A stretch of DNA of 64,000 bases from the human T2T-CHM13v2.0 reference genome, Homo sapiens, in assembly GCF_009914755.1 (NCBI RefSeq), contig NC_060937.1; one strand, given 5' to 3'. The first letter of the stretch is position 1. Each line of letters starts with the position of its first letter. Positions 1 to 16,959 of the stretch are shown here, in pieces. The translations under genes and the position numbers were made by a program. Below the pieces are notes generated by a model. The model was not told the DNA's origin, searched no databases, and saw only the letters and a program-made list of their open reading frames with translations.

Positions 1-844
1 GCCACAAATCACCTTCTCCTCTGGAATTTTCAGTGCTCCTAGACTACCTTCGAATATTACCCTCTCTTACTGCAGTGTCCTCAGTGGTGAGTACAATCTC
101 TCTCAAACACAATAGCCGGTAGTATAAATTGAAAGAAGCTTCCTGGAGCCCAGTTTGATCATATATGTCAAAATGTAAAGTGAGCACAACACATGATTCA
201 ACAGTGGTGATTTCCATGAAATACTGTAAAGGAAATAATCCAAGAAGAAAAAATTTTAAAATAATAGTAGCAAGTAAAGAAAAATCATGGTCTAAATAGC
301 AAAAAAAAAAAAGGGGGGGGGCATGGCTGAGTAAATTGCAATTTATTCATCTGTGGTAGAATTAATTTTGATCAATTTATTGATGTCAAGTGTTACATTT
401 CTTGTGGCCTTGTGTAATAGACATTTTTCATAATTTGGATGAGCAGCATCCGGTCTTATTTCTGTTTGTTATTATGTTGGTTACTTTGGGGAAGATAGTG
501 ACTGCCTTCCTCTACAGAAACCAAAGATGCTTAGTCCTCATTTCTACACATGGCATAATCAAGAGGTATATAGGATAATACTTAGTCCTAACCAGTTGGG
601 CGCTCTCTCAAGGGATTTTGAAACTGAGCTACTAACAATGGATGGCTTGGAAAGCAATTTCATTATGATTTAGTGCAGAATCTGACTGTTTCCTGCACTT
701 CACTGTAGTTACAGCTGCCTGATGTTCACAGAGTCCTTGATTCCCAGGCCTGGGCAGTTAGTTTCCAAGAAAACAAGGAAAACAATCCTTACCAAAGGTT
801 GGAAACTCTTCCAGGTATTTGATAGGTATAAACCTATTTACTCT

Positions 845-1450
845 GTACAAAACCCCATAAGTAAGTTCAATTATTATCCTAAGGGAGGAAACCACCCCTC
901 ATATTGTCTTATGCCCAATTTCTGCCTCCAAAGAAAGAAAAAGTTAAAACTAACAGGCACAAATGAAATCCACAAGCAGACAGCCCGGCGCCACACCCTG
1001 GTCCTGGTAGTTAAAGATGGACCCCTGACCTAATCGGTTATGTTATCTATAGATTACAGACATTGTAGAGAAAAGCACTGTGAAAATCCCTATCCTGTTT
1101 TGTTCCGATCTAATTACCAGAGCATGCAGCCCCCAGTCACGTACCCCCTGCTTGCTCAATCGATCACGACCCTCTCACACGCACCCCCTTAGAGCTGTGA
1201 GCCCTTAAAAGGAACAGGAATTACTCACTCGTGGAGCTCGGCTCTTAAGACAGGAGTCTTGCCAATGCACCCAGCCGAGTAAACCCCTTCCTTCTTTAAC
1301 TCGGTGTCTGAGGAGTTTTGTCTGCGGCTCGTCCTGCTACAATCCCATTTTGCAGGTAAGAAAACAATCTCAGAAAGGTTGTATGACTTGCTCAGGTATA
1401 CAAAGATTAAGAACAAGAATGCTGGCTGCAGAGTCTGTGACCTTCACTCT
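845..1450 (-). mobile_element. MIR SINE relic, split by the LTR2 insertion (845-879 and 1342-~1450)
   Basis: Removing the LTR rejoins 'ttattatcc|cattttgcaggtaagaaaac...aggttgtatgacttgctcagg', which matches the reverse-strand MIR core. Confidence 0.7.
880..1341 (+). mobile_element. Solo LTR, LTR2 (HERV-E/Harlequin, ERV1)
   Basis: Starts TAAGGGAGGAAACCACCCCTCATATTGTC and ends GCTCGTCCTGCTACA; 462 bp; 4-bp TSD atcc (876-879, 1342-1345). Confidence 0.9.
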
Positions 1451-1602
1451 TCTTATTGCCCTTACTCTTGCCTAATTTTGTAGTCCCTTGAGAGCAAAAA
1501 TTGTGCCTGAAATGTCTTACGACCCTTTCCAGTTAAAGCAATAATTAGGCTGTTCTATGCTGTTGGCCTTAGGAGATGGATGGCACCATAGCAGGTATCA
1601 TG

Positions 1603-1749
1603 TTTTGTTTTGTTTGTTTGTTTTGCTTTTTATAGAGATGGGGTTTCACCATGTTGCCCAGGCTGGTCTCAAACTCCTGAGCTCAGGCCATCTACCCACC
1701 TACACCTCCCACTGTGCTGGGATTACAGGCGTGAGGCACTACACCTGGG
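1603..1749 (-). mobile_element. Alu left monomer (FLAM/AluJ-like)
   Basis: T-rich tail, then agagatggggtttcaccatgttgcccaggctggtctc...gctgggattacaggcgtgag; one monomer only. Confidence 0.85.
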
Positions 1750-2871
1750 GATGACACAACAGAATGCAGATTATAAAAGAATCAAGTTTTTGAATGCCAG
1801 TTCAGCTTGGGTGAAAATGCCAGTTCAGAAAGGCAAAAGGCACAGGGCATACGTGAAAGGTGTGGAGAGTGCAGGTGCCCTTCACTCAAACTCAATATAG
1901 GTTTTCTCATGGTGGGGATGTCAGGGTAACAAAAATCTTTTATTAAAAAGGCTTGTACCTTGACACAATCCAATCCAAAATCCAGGTAAACAATGACAGG
2001 GGAAACCACAGAAATCCTAGAAAGTGTGAGCTCAGAAAAATCACAGTCTGGGAGTAATACATACCCTATGAATAAGATGAAACTGAAATAGACCCTCCCA
2101 CCCCCGATAAAGCTAAAAACCAAGACCCAAGATTATTAGGGTAAACTGCTATTAAATTCTGATAAATAATTGAATGAATGGAATCCTTTTTGAGAAGAGA
2201 CCACAATTGATAGATTCTACAAGGAAACCATCTAGAATGTCATTTGGAGTGTCATAGTGTTACATACCATTAGAAATTATTAATTGTACAAAAAAGCAAA
2301 GAGAAAGATTATTAATTGATAGAGAAGATAATGAATAGAAGCAGATGCAGTGATGATTAAGATATGGGAGTTAGCACGCAGAAATTTGACAATAATGATA
2401 AAAATATTAAAAAAGATAAAAACATACAGCCAAAATAGATGAAAAGATGGATAATTTCAACTGAGAATGGGATGTATTAAAAGATGGATATCATAGGATG
2501 GGTAAGTGAAATAAATGAAAATTAAGAGCTCATGGATGGTTTTAACAGCATATTGAAAACAGCAGAATAAAAGATGAGTGACCCTGAAGGCCAAGTAATA
2601 TAAAAAGTCTAAACTAAGGAAAAGAGGAAGAGAAGAAAAAATATAACAAAGCATAAAAATATGTAGAACATGGCCCAAAGGTCAAAATGTGAACCTGGAG
2701 TCTCGGAAGGAGAGCAGAGAGAGAATGAGGCATGGGGAATTCTTCAAATCTGATAAAAAATTACTAAAGTTTGAAAATTCAATAGCACACTTCTACAAAA
2801 TCCATAGCTTAAAAGGAAACAATAAAAACTTGAAAATATTTTGAGCTGAGTGATTAAATATATATAAAATC

Positions 2872-3232
2872 TGTTGTGGTTTGGCTTTGTGCCCTCACCC
2901 AAGTCTCACCTTGAATTGTAATAATCCCAAGGTGTCAAAGGTAGGACCAGGTGGAGGTAATTGTATCCTGGGGGTGGTTTCCACCAAGCTGTTTCCATGA
3001 TAGTGAGTGAGTTCTCAGGAGATCTGATGGTTGTATATACATCTCACATTTCCCCTGCTGACTCTCATTCCCTCTCCTGCTTCCCTGTGAAGAGGTGTCT
3101 TCCACCATGATTGTAAGTTTCCTGAGGTCTCCCTAGCCATGCAGAACTGTGAGTCAATAAAACGTTTTTCCTTTATAAATTACCCAGTCTTGGGTATGTC
3201 TTTATTAGCAGTGTGAGAATGGACTAATATCA
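2872..3232 (+). mobile_element. ERVL-MaLR solo LTR (THE1C/D-MST type)
   Basis: tgttgtggtttggct...ccttgaattgtaataatccc...ccatgattgtaagtttcctgagg...aattacccagtcttgggtatgtc...ggactaata; ~360 bp. Confidence 0.85.
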
Positions 3233-3627
3233 TATCAACTCATGGAATTCTCCTTAAGGGAAATTTTTAGCTTTAAAGCGTATATTTGAAAAAAGGAAAG
3301 TTTTGTAGTAATCAATCATTTAAACTTCCAATGCAATTAGATTTTTAAAAGTTGAATGAAAAACAGAAAAAAATGAAGTAATTAAAAATAAATTTAAAAA
3401 TCAATGCAATACAAAAAATATAATAAATTAATAAAACTAAATTTGGTACTTGGAAAAATTAGTAATACTGGTACTGAAAAAGAAATCGTCTATACAGAAA
3501 TTAAAAAGAAGACATTATCATAAATACAACAGATGTTAGCAAGAAAATAAGATGTTATACAAAGTTTCATATAGGTAAATTTGAAAATTTGGGAAAATGG
3601 ATAAATTCCTTAAAAGTAAAACCTACC

Positions 3628-4366
<739 letters not shown>

Positions 4367-5100
4367 TCAAGCCTTTAGGAGTAAACACCACCAAATTTTA
4401 CATAAAATTTTCCAAAGAATAGTGAAAGGATTCCAACTCATTTTATGGAGCTGGCATGATCTTGATACAAATACCTAAAAAGAATATTACAAGAAAAAAA
4501 TACTTGTTTATATGTCTCATATATGAAGATATAAAACTTTCTAAATATATATTTTTAAAATACAATTAATGAAACACATAAAAAATATAATCATGACCTA
4601 GCAGGACTTCAGGAATTACTGCATTATTGTAGGAATGCAAGGCTGGTATAATATTTGAAATGAACACAAATCTTTGCATTAAAAGAATAAAAGAGAAAAA
4701 CATTTGATCACCTCAGTCATTGCAGAAAATAATATTTATGAATGCATAACTCAGCAATACAGTAATATGAAACCTCAGGGACAAAATAATAATAATAGTA
4801 GTAACAACATCAACAAGAAAGCACTAATCCAGTGACCAATCCTGTGTGGCTGTTATTTAGGGTTGATGTCTCACCCTTGGTTATTTAGAGCTTTGATTTG
4901 AGTGGGCTGTGAAATTTGATCTGAGATAAAGTCCAGGGCTCCAGCAACCTGGATATTTGCATCAGGCTACCGCAGAAAATCAGAACCCCAGAGGTTGCTA
5001 CTCACTTTGGAAGTATGAGTTGAGGTGGGAGGAGCAAGTGTTCTCCTATAAGAAGAAGTAAATAGAGTCAGAAGCTACAGTACCTATTCACCTTCCCACT

Positions 5101-5246
5101 TCTTTATTTTATTTTATTTTATTATTATTATACTTTAAGTTTTAGGGTACATGTACACAACGTGCAGGTTTGTTACATATGTGTACAGGTGCCATGCTGG
5201 TGTGCTGCACCCATTAACTCGTCATGTAGCATTAGGTATATCTCCT
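5101..5246 (-). mobile_element. 5'-truncated L1PA 3' end (~145 bp)
   Basis: T-rich tail plus 'tactttaagttttagggtacatg...cccattaactcgtc...taggtatatctcct'; flanking repeat cttcttt (5099-5105, 5245-5251). Confidence 0.9.
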
Positions 5247-6379
5247 TCTTTCTTCTCAAATGGAAGTAGATGGAGAGGAAGGTCATGCCTGGTTCCTGGA
5301 GATTGGGTATTCCTTCACATCTGCTGAAACTTTTTTTTTCCCTTCACATTTGCTGAGATAATTGGTTTAATCCTAAAGTGAAGAAATAGGTTTTCTAAAA
5401 GAAATATTTTACTCCTCTCTTTTCACCTGAATTTGTAGACATTTGTCTGGGTAAGTCACATGCCAGCAGGGATGGCTAAATTGGATTTTACAGAAGGAAA
5501 AAACATCTCAATAAGGTTATTATGTCTGAAGAACTTGCAATACTTTATGTTAATCCAGAAGGAGACTAACTAGATTATCTGGTCACAGCCAAATCTGTGT
5601 AGTTTTCACGGGCTGCAGTTTGTGAACTTAGCTTCTTCTGAATCTCATTCTGGGCTCACAATCTCATAATGGCTCCTTGTAAAAAATAAGTATTCCGTTA
5701 GACATGAGCTTGACAGATATCCCTGGGTCCTCCCCATATTCTTCTGTCATCAGGCTTTAGACAAAAATTTTCTTTGTGCTCTAGTAGGTTTGGTGCTTAC
5801 CCAGATGATCCTTACCAGTTTTCTAAAGATGATCTCCATCCTGCAGACCTCACAAAACTGTTGAATAATAGCTGGTTTTTAATAATCAACTGCATATTTT
5901 AAGTCGATCTACTTCTATATGAACTTTTCCCAGAATCTAGTAACTTCTTCCCAAAATGAAAGCAAATTCAAACACAGCCGACCCCATCTGGTTGCGATGA
6001 TTTATTATGACATAGGTTTGTTTGTTTGCTTGGTTTTTTGGTTTTTGGTAGTTCCATCACCTTCCCTGTTACTTTGCTTCAGCAAAGAAAAAGGAGAAAA
6101 GGATTTTGTTAGTGGACCCTGGTACCCTATCATGGGCAGTAATCCTGCTAAGAGTGTCCTGTGAGCACATCTCTGAAATATTGAGCGCTCACTGTCCATA
6201 TTTCCTGTCTTCCTCCTCTAAATTCACTATCACTTAAAATCTTTTAAAAACAAAACAAACAAACAAAAAAACCTCTCTGACAGATCATACTCCTTAAAAA
6301 AGTACATCTGCCCTTTCTTATTTTATTAAGGATGATTTTTCTTCTTTTAAGCAAAAGAGAAACAGATAAAAATAATTAA

Positions 6380-6704
<325 letters not shown>

Positions 6705-7005
6705 TAAAAGTTCTTTTTTACAAATAAGTTTTAAAAAGTTTAACATTCGAAGTGCTTACGTTTCTGATTGTCACATAGACCAAATGTTTTCGCTTCTTAA
6801 TGTAGAATTTCTATTTGGTATTTTGTAAGCAATGCTCCTTCAAGAAATAATAGGAGAGTGGAGGAAAAGCCCTGTGGTCCAAGAAACCACATTCTTAGAA
6901 ATGCAGATTGTCCATTTGTGTGCCAAAACTTCAAAATATCCTATTGTGGAAAAATGTGCTTAACTTTATTTAAACTAGCCTTTCCTAAATGTATTTGATG
7001 AACAA

Positions 7006-7917
7006 TTTAACTTTTATTTTAGCTTCAGGGGTACAAGTGCAGGTTTGTTATATAGGTAAATTGTGTGTCATGGGGGTTTGGTGTACAGATTATTTTGTCA
7101 TCCAGGTAATAAGCATAGTACCCAATAAGTAGTTTTTGGATCCTCACCCTCCTCCTACTCTCCACCCTCAGGTAAGGCCCAGTGTCTGTTATTCCCTTCT
7201 TTGTGTCCATATGTGCTTGATGTTTAGCTTCCACTTATAAGTGAGAACATGTGGCTTTTGGTTTTCTGTTCCTATGTTATTTTGCTTAGGATAATGGCCT
7301 CCATCTCCATCATGGTTCTGGACACAACATGATCTCATTCTTTTTTATGGCTGTGTAGTATTCCATGTTGTATATGTACCACATTTTCTTTATCCAGTCT
7401 ACTGCTGATGGGCATTTATGCTGATTCCATGTCTTTGTTATTGTGAACATACACATGCATGTGTCTTTTTGGTAGAATGACTTATATTTCTTTGGATATA
7501 TACGCTATAATGGGATTGCTGGGTAAAGGGGTCATTCTGTTTTAAGTTCTTTCAGGAATAACCAAACTGCTTTCATCATGGCTGAACTAATACATTCCCA
7601 CCAGCAATGCCTAAGTGTTCCCTTTTCTCTATAACCTCACTAGCATCTGTTATTTTTTGACTTTTTAATAATATCCATTCTGAGTTGTGTGAGATGGTAT
7701 CTCATTATGGTTTTGATTAAAATTTCTCTAATGATTAGTGATGTTGAGCATTTTTTCATATGCTTTTTGGCTGCGTGTGTCCTCTTTTAAAAAATGTTTA
7801 TGTCCTTTGTCCGCTTTTTAAATGGGGTTGTTTTTTGCTTGTAAATTTGTTTCAGTTCCTTATAGATGTTGGATATTAGACAGTTGTCGGAAGCATAGTT
7901 TGCAAATATTTTCTCCC
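7006..7917 (-). mobile_element. L1PA15/16-like 3' end
   Basis: 'ttcaggggtac...gtgcaggtttgttatataggtaaattg...gggggtttggtgtacagattatttt' 3'UTR followed by an ORF2 C-terminal remnant. Confidence 0.85.
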
Positions 7918-9276
7918 TGGAGCATGCATTAGTTTCTTATTATAAGAAGTCTACTTACATCCTTTGTATTTCTTTCATCTAGCAACAGACCTAATTCTTG
8001 GTAGGCATTAAATGCGTATTTTAATGAATATATTGAGTAGATGGTCAACTGTATATACTTAATTAAAAGGCAACCAACACATTTCTGTTCTACTTCTGTC
8101 TGCTTATTTCCTGAAAGCTTTCTAATTGAGTCTAGTTAACCCTTTCATTAAAAGTCTAGGTAAATCTTTTGTTCTATTGCACACTGGTATCTGTTGGCTG
8201 CCATGCCTGTTACATTTTGCTCTACAAAATGGAAGTTCCAACACTTGTTTTCCTGTTGCAGACATAAATGAAGATACTCTATGCATGACATACTTTCCTG
8301 ATATACCCAGGTTTACTATATCCAAAACCACAAATTTTGTTGGGAACTCAACCTGTAATTATTTTGCCATAAATGCTAAGGGAACAACTGTATTCATCAA
8401 AATCAACTGATTATGTATTTGTTATTTTTATGCATATAGTTCTGTATGTTGTGTTAACTACTTCTTTCTCTCCCATTCAAAAAGGCATCTCCACATGCAA
8501 ATTAGAGTGCTATGATATGATGAAATACTTGTGCGTTTCTGTATTTAGTAATTATGGAAAGGCAAACAATTCCACATATTCAGTTGTGAATTTCTTATCA
8601 CATACGTGACAGTGATTATGTTTTGATTTTATTTTCTCTTTTCCTCTGTTTTATTCTTTTTCTTTCATGTCCATTCTTATGATAAGCAATTCTTCACTCA
8701 TTAACTAAAGGAAGGGAATTTTCAATAAAATGTGTAGACCAGCAACTGAGAAACATAAGAAACCTAATGTATCTCATCTCCACCCTCTCCTGGACCCCAG
8801 TTTTTTACAATGTGTAAAAGACTTTTGCCATATCCAGTGTGTGAAGGGGAAATTTTAAGGATAATGTGTCTGAGCAGAATAAAAGCTTTGAATTAAATAT
8901 TAAGTTGAATAACAGAAGAAAGTTATGTCTTTGGCACAGCTGAAATTATATACTAAAATTTTTATCTTCTCCACACATCCAAGAACTGATCAAGACACAC
9001 AAGTGGGTTCTGACTCACTGCTAGGAAGAGATGTTCTAGAAGGAAATGACAGCAGTCAATACTTGAGCCTTGAGATTCTCCGTTACTAAAACATCTGCTT
9101 CAACTGCTGTTCTGCCATTCTTAGTGGACTTTTCCAATTAGAGTGTTTCATAGTGAACTTCTATACACACATACTAGTTTAAGAGGGTTTTTCTTATTTA
9201 AATTAGATTCCATAAAACTGAACTTTTTTTTTTTTTTTGGTCAAGGCACTAAATAGGTTGCTTGATCAAACTTAGG

Positions 9277-9409
9277 TTATTTTATTTTATTTTATTTTAT
9301 TTTACATTACTTTAAGTTCTGGGATAAATGTGCAGAACATGCAGGTTTGTTACATAGGTATACATGTGCCATGGTGGTTTGCTGAACCTATCAACCTATC
9401 ATCTAGGTT
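9277..9409 (-). mobile_element. 5'-truncated L1PA (PA7/8-like) 3' end (~130 bp)
   Basis: 'ttaagttctgggata...gtgcagaacatgcaggtttgttacataggtatacatgtgccatggtggtttgctg'; TSD aaacttag (9268-9275, 9410-9417). Confidence 0.88.
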
Positions 9410-10199
9410 AAACTTAGTTTTGAAGGGCTACTTATGTCATGTCCATATTACAAGTAAGATCAATTACTAAGTTGGAAAGAACAATTGATGGAAAAAAACA
9501 TGAATCATTATCAAATGATAGGTCATGCTTTTACAGCCATTGCAGGTGATCCAGATGACTGGGTAGGCAGGACTTGAAGAAGGGTAATAAGCGTGGTGGG
9601 TTCATTAAAAAGCACTCTTATGACCACAAGTCCTGAAACAGTAGGCAGAATAGATTGTAACCTATTTTACCAAGTTGAGTATTTAAACAACAGCGGATGT
9701 GGAGTACATGCAGTTTATTAGAGGATTAATTATGGAACATATGACTGTGTCTGTTTTATGCATTTTGTCAACATGTGAATATCTACCTTAGGCAAGGCAC
9801 TGTGACTTTCCTGGATTTGAAAAGATTAATACTTTTGTGTTTATGTCAAGAAGCTTCCTTCCTGTTAGGAAATACAGACACAGAAATAGCTGATAGCATA
9901 TACTTTTACATATTTACATTGTTCAAAGAGTTCTTCCACATCAATAGGAAATCTAAAAATGGGGCAATGGCAAAGTGTATGGGCAAATATCGTGGCCTTT
10001 AAAGGGGAATTTGTGTTTAATCTCACTAATAAATAAGAAGATAAAATGTTAAGAGAAACAAGTAGGGGAAGAAATTAAAAACTTTGTCAATAACATCATT
10101 AAGAAGATGGAAAAGCAAACCATAGTCTGGAGAAAATACTTAAAATTAATGCTAATTAATTGAAAAATAATATAATAGATCTACTCTATCCTTAAGTTT

Positions 10200-10738
10200 A
10201 CTTCTTGCATGTTATAGCTTTCTTAACCTTTTACAATCAAAATATCATGTAGACAGTAAGAGATGTAATTCTCACTTTTTATCTAGACTGGCAATCTGTG
10301 GCTTTTAAATAAAGTGTTAAAAACATTTATATTTAAAATAATTAATATGGCTGGATGTTAACACATTACTGCGCTATTTGCTTTTTATTTGTCTCATCTG
10401 TTTTTTCCCTTTTGTGCTTGTTCTTCTTTATTTTGAGTTAATAAATATATATTATAGCATTTCATTTTAATTTCTCATTTATCCTTTTAGCTAATACTTT
10501 TCCAAATGTTTTAGTGGTTCTGCTAAAGATTATATTTTTAACTTAGTTTTAATATTAGTACTGTACTATATGTAAAAATATAGGAATCCTATAATGGTAC
10601 AGTTTCATTTACCTCATTTCTTTGCGCTACTTTTGTCATCCATATATGCATGAATCATATAGAATATACATGTATATATACACATATGAAATCTTTACAT
10701 TCCTTGTAAACCCCACAATGTACTGTTAGAGTATTTTA
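10200..10738 (-). mobile_element. Old L1M fragment that hosts the young L1; resumes at 16832-~16960
   Basis: Degenerate minus-strand L1 ORF1/ORF2-junction motifs on both sides of the L1PA2 TSD. Confidence 0.6.
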
Positions 10739-10998
10739 TTTTATTTTATTTTTTCAGTAACTTCTTTTTTATTTATTTATTTATTTATTTATTATTATAC
10801 TTTAAGTTTTAGGGTACATGTGCACATTGTGCATGTTAGTTACATATGTGTACATGTGCCATGCTGGTGCGCTGCACCCACTAACTCGTCATCTAGCATT
10901 AGGTATATCTCCCAGTGCTATCCCTCCCCCCTCCCCCAACCCCACCACAGTCCCCAGAGTGTGATATTCCCCTTCCTGTGTCCATGTGATCTCATTGT

Positions 10999-14826
<3,828 letters not shown>

Positions 14827-14889
14827 TATGATGTTAGCTGGTTATTTTGCTTGTTAGTTGATGCAGTTTCTTCCTAGTCTCGATGGTCT

Positions 14890-15911
14890 TTACATTTTGG
14901 CATGATTTTGCAGCGGCTGGTACCGGTTGTTCCTTTCCATGTTTAGCGCTTCCTTCAGGAGCTCTTTTAGGGCAGGCCTGCTGGTGACAAAATCTCTCAG
15001 CATTTGCTTGTCTGTAAAGTATTTTATTTCTCCTTCACTTATGAAGCTTAGTTCGGCTGGATATGAAATTCTGGGTTGAAAATTCTTTTCTTTAAGAATG
15101 TTGAATATTGGCCCCCACTCTCTTCTGGCTTGTAGGGTTTCTGCCGAGAGATCCGCTGTTAGTCTGATGGGCTTCCCTTTGAGGGTAACCCGACCTTTCT
15201 CTCTGGCTGCCCTTAACCTTTTTTCCTTCATTTCAACTTTGGTGAATCTGATAATTATGTGTCTTGGAGTTGCTCTTCTCGAGGAGTATCTTTGTGGTGT
15301 TCTCTGTATTTCCTGAATCTGAACATTGGCCTGCCTTGCTAGATTGGGGAAGTTCTCCTGGATAATATCCTGCAGAGTGTTTTCCAACTTGGTTCCATTC
15401 TCCCCATCACGTCACTTTCAGGTACACCAATCAGACGTAGATTTGGTCTTTTCACATAGTCCCATATTTCTTGGAGGCTTTGCTCATTTCTTTTTATTCT
15501 TTTTTCTCTAAACTTCCCTTCTCGCTTCATTTCATTCATTTCATCTTCCATTGCTGATACCCTTTCTTCCAGCTGATCGCATTGGCTCCTGAGGCTTCTG
15601 CATTCTTCACGTAGTTCTCGAGCCTTGGTTTTCAGCTCCATCAGCTCCTTTAAGCACTTCTCTATATTGGTTATTCTAGTTATACATTCTTCTAAATTTT
15701 TTTCAAAGTTTTCAACTTCTTTGCCTTTGGTTTGAATGTCCTCCCATAGCTCAGAGTAATTTGATCGTCTGAAGCCTTCTTCTCTCAGCTCATCAAAGTC
15801 ATTCTCTATCCAGCTTTGTTCCGTTGCTGGTGAGGAACTGCGTTCCTTTGGAGGAGGAGAGGCGCTCTGCTTTTTAGAGTTTCCGGTTTTTCTGTTCTGT
15901 TTTTTCCCCAT
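14890..15911 (-). pseudogene. L1 ORF1 (RNA-binding chaperone), frameshifted
   Basis: MGKKQNRKTG...NHAKM; 1022 nt versus the canonical 1017; 5-nt duplication atcac/gtcac at ~15406-15415 splits it into the 190- and 165-aa ORFs. Confidence 0.95.
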
Positions 15912-16817
15912 CTTTGTGGTTTTATCTACTTTTGGTCTTTGATCATGGTGATGTACAGATGGGTTTTTGGTGTGGATGTCCTTTCTGTTTGTTAGTTTTC
16001 CTTCTAACAGACAGGACCCTCAGCTGCAGGTCTGTTGGAATACCCTGCCATGTGAGGTGTCAGTGTGCCCCTGCTGGGGGGTGCCTCCCAGTTAGGCTGC
16101 TCGGGGGTCAGGGGTCAGGGACCCACTTGAGGAGGCAGTCTGCCCGTTCTCAGATCTCCAGCTGCGTGCTGGGAGAACCACTGCTCTCTTCAAAGCTGTC
16201 AGACAGGGACATTGAAGTCTGCAGAGGTTACTGCTGTCTTTTTGTTTGTCTGTGCCCTGCCCCCAGAGGTGGAGCCTACAGAGGCAGGCAAGCCTCCTTG
16301 AGCTGTGGTGGGCTCCACCCAGTTCGAGCTTCCGGGCTGCTTTGTTTACCTAAGCAAGCCTGGGCAATGGCGGGCGCCCCTCCCCCAGCCTCGCTGCCGC
16401 CTTGCAGTTTGATCTCAGACTGCTGTGCTAGCAATCATCGAGACTCCGTGGGCGTAGGACCCTCCCAGCCAGGTGTGGGATATAATCTCGTGGTGCGCCG
16501 TTTTTTAAGCCCGTCGGAAAAGCGCAGTATTTGGGTGGGAGTGACCCGATTTTCCAGGTGCATCCATCACCCCTTTCTTTGACTCGGAAAGGGAACTCCC
16601 TGACCCCTTGCACTTCCCAAGTGAGGCAATGCCTCACCCTGCTTTGGCTCGCACACGGTGGGCACCCACTGACCTGTGCCCACTGTTTGGCACTCCCTGG
16701 TGAGATGAACCCGGTACCTCAGATGGAAATGCAGAAATCACCCGTCTTCTGCGTCACTCACGCTGGGAGCTGTAGACCTGAGCTGTTCCTATTCGGCCAT
16801 CTTGGCTCCTTCCCCCC
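15912..16817 (-). promoter_or_regulatory. L1 5'UTR with internal sense promoter and antisense promoter
   Basis: 906 bp, CpG-containing; YY1 motif CAAGATGGCC on the minus strand at 16795-16804. Confidence 0.85.
16367..16582 (+). CDS. ORF0: LINE-1 ORF0, intact 71 aa, antisense to the L1
   Basis: gcaATGG start; MAGAPPPASLPPCSLISDCCASNHRDSVGVGPSQPGVGYNLVVRRFLSPSEKRSIWVGVTRFSRCIHHPFL*; splice-donor-like sites at 16473 and 16558. Expression is unknown. Confidence 0.8.
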   Translation: MAGAPPPASLPPCSLISDCCASNHRDSVGVGPSQPGVGYNLVVRRFLSPSEKRSIWVGVTRFSRCIHHPFL

Positions 16818-16959
16818 GTTAGAGTATTTTAAACCAATTTCTTTTTAGCCTGCAGAATTTCCTTGCATTTCTTATAATGAAGTCAGCTGTCAGCACATTT
16901 TCTTAGTGTTCATTTATCTGAAAATATTTTTATTTCACTTCATTAGCTAAAGTTAATTT

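Noticed and set aside
15914-16582. 222-aa + strand ORF as a novel protein
   Set aside because: It lies wholly in the L1 5'UTR antisense strand with a GTG start; only the last 71 aa correspond to the known ORF0.
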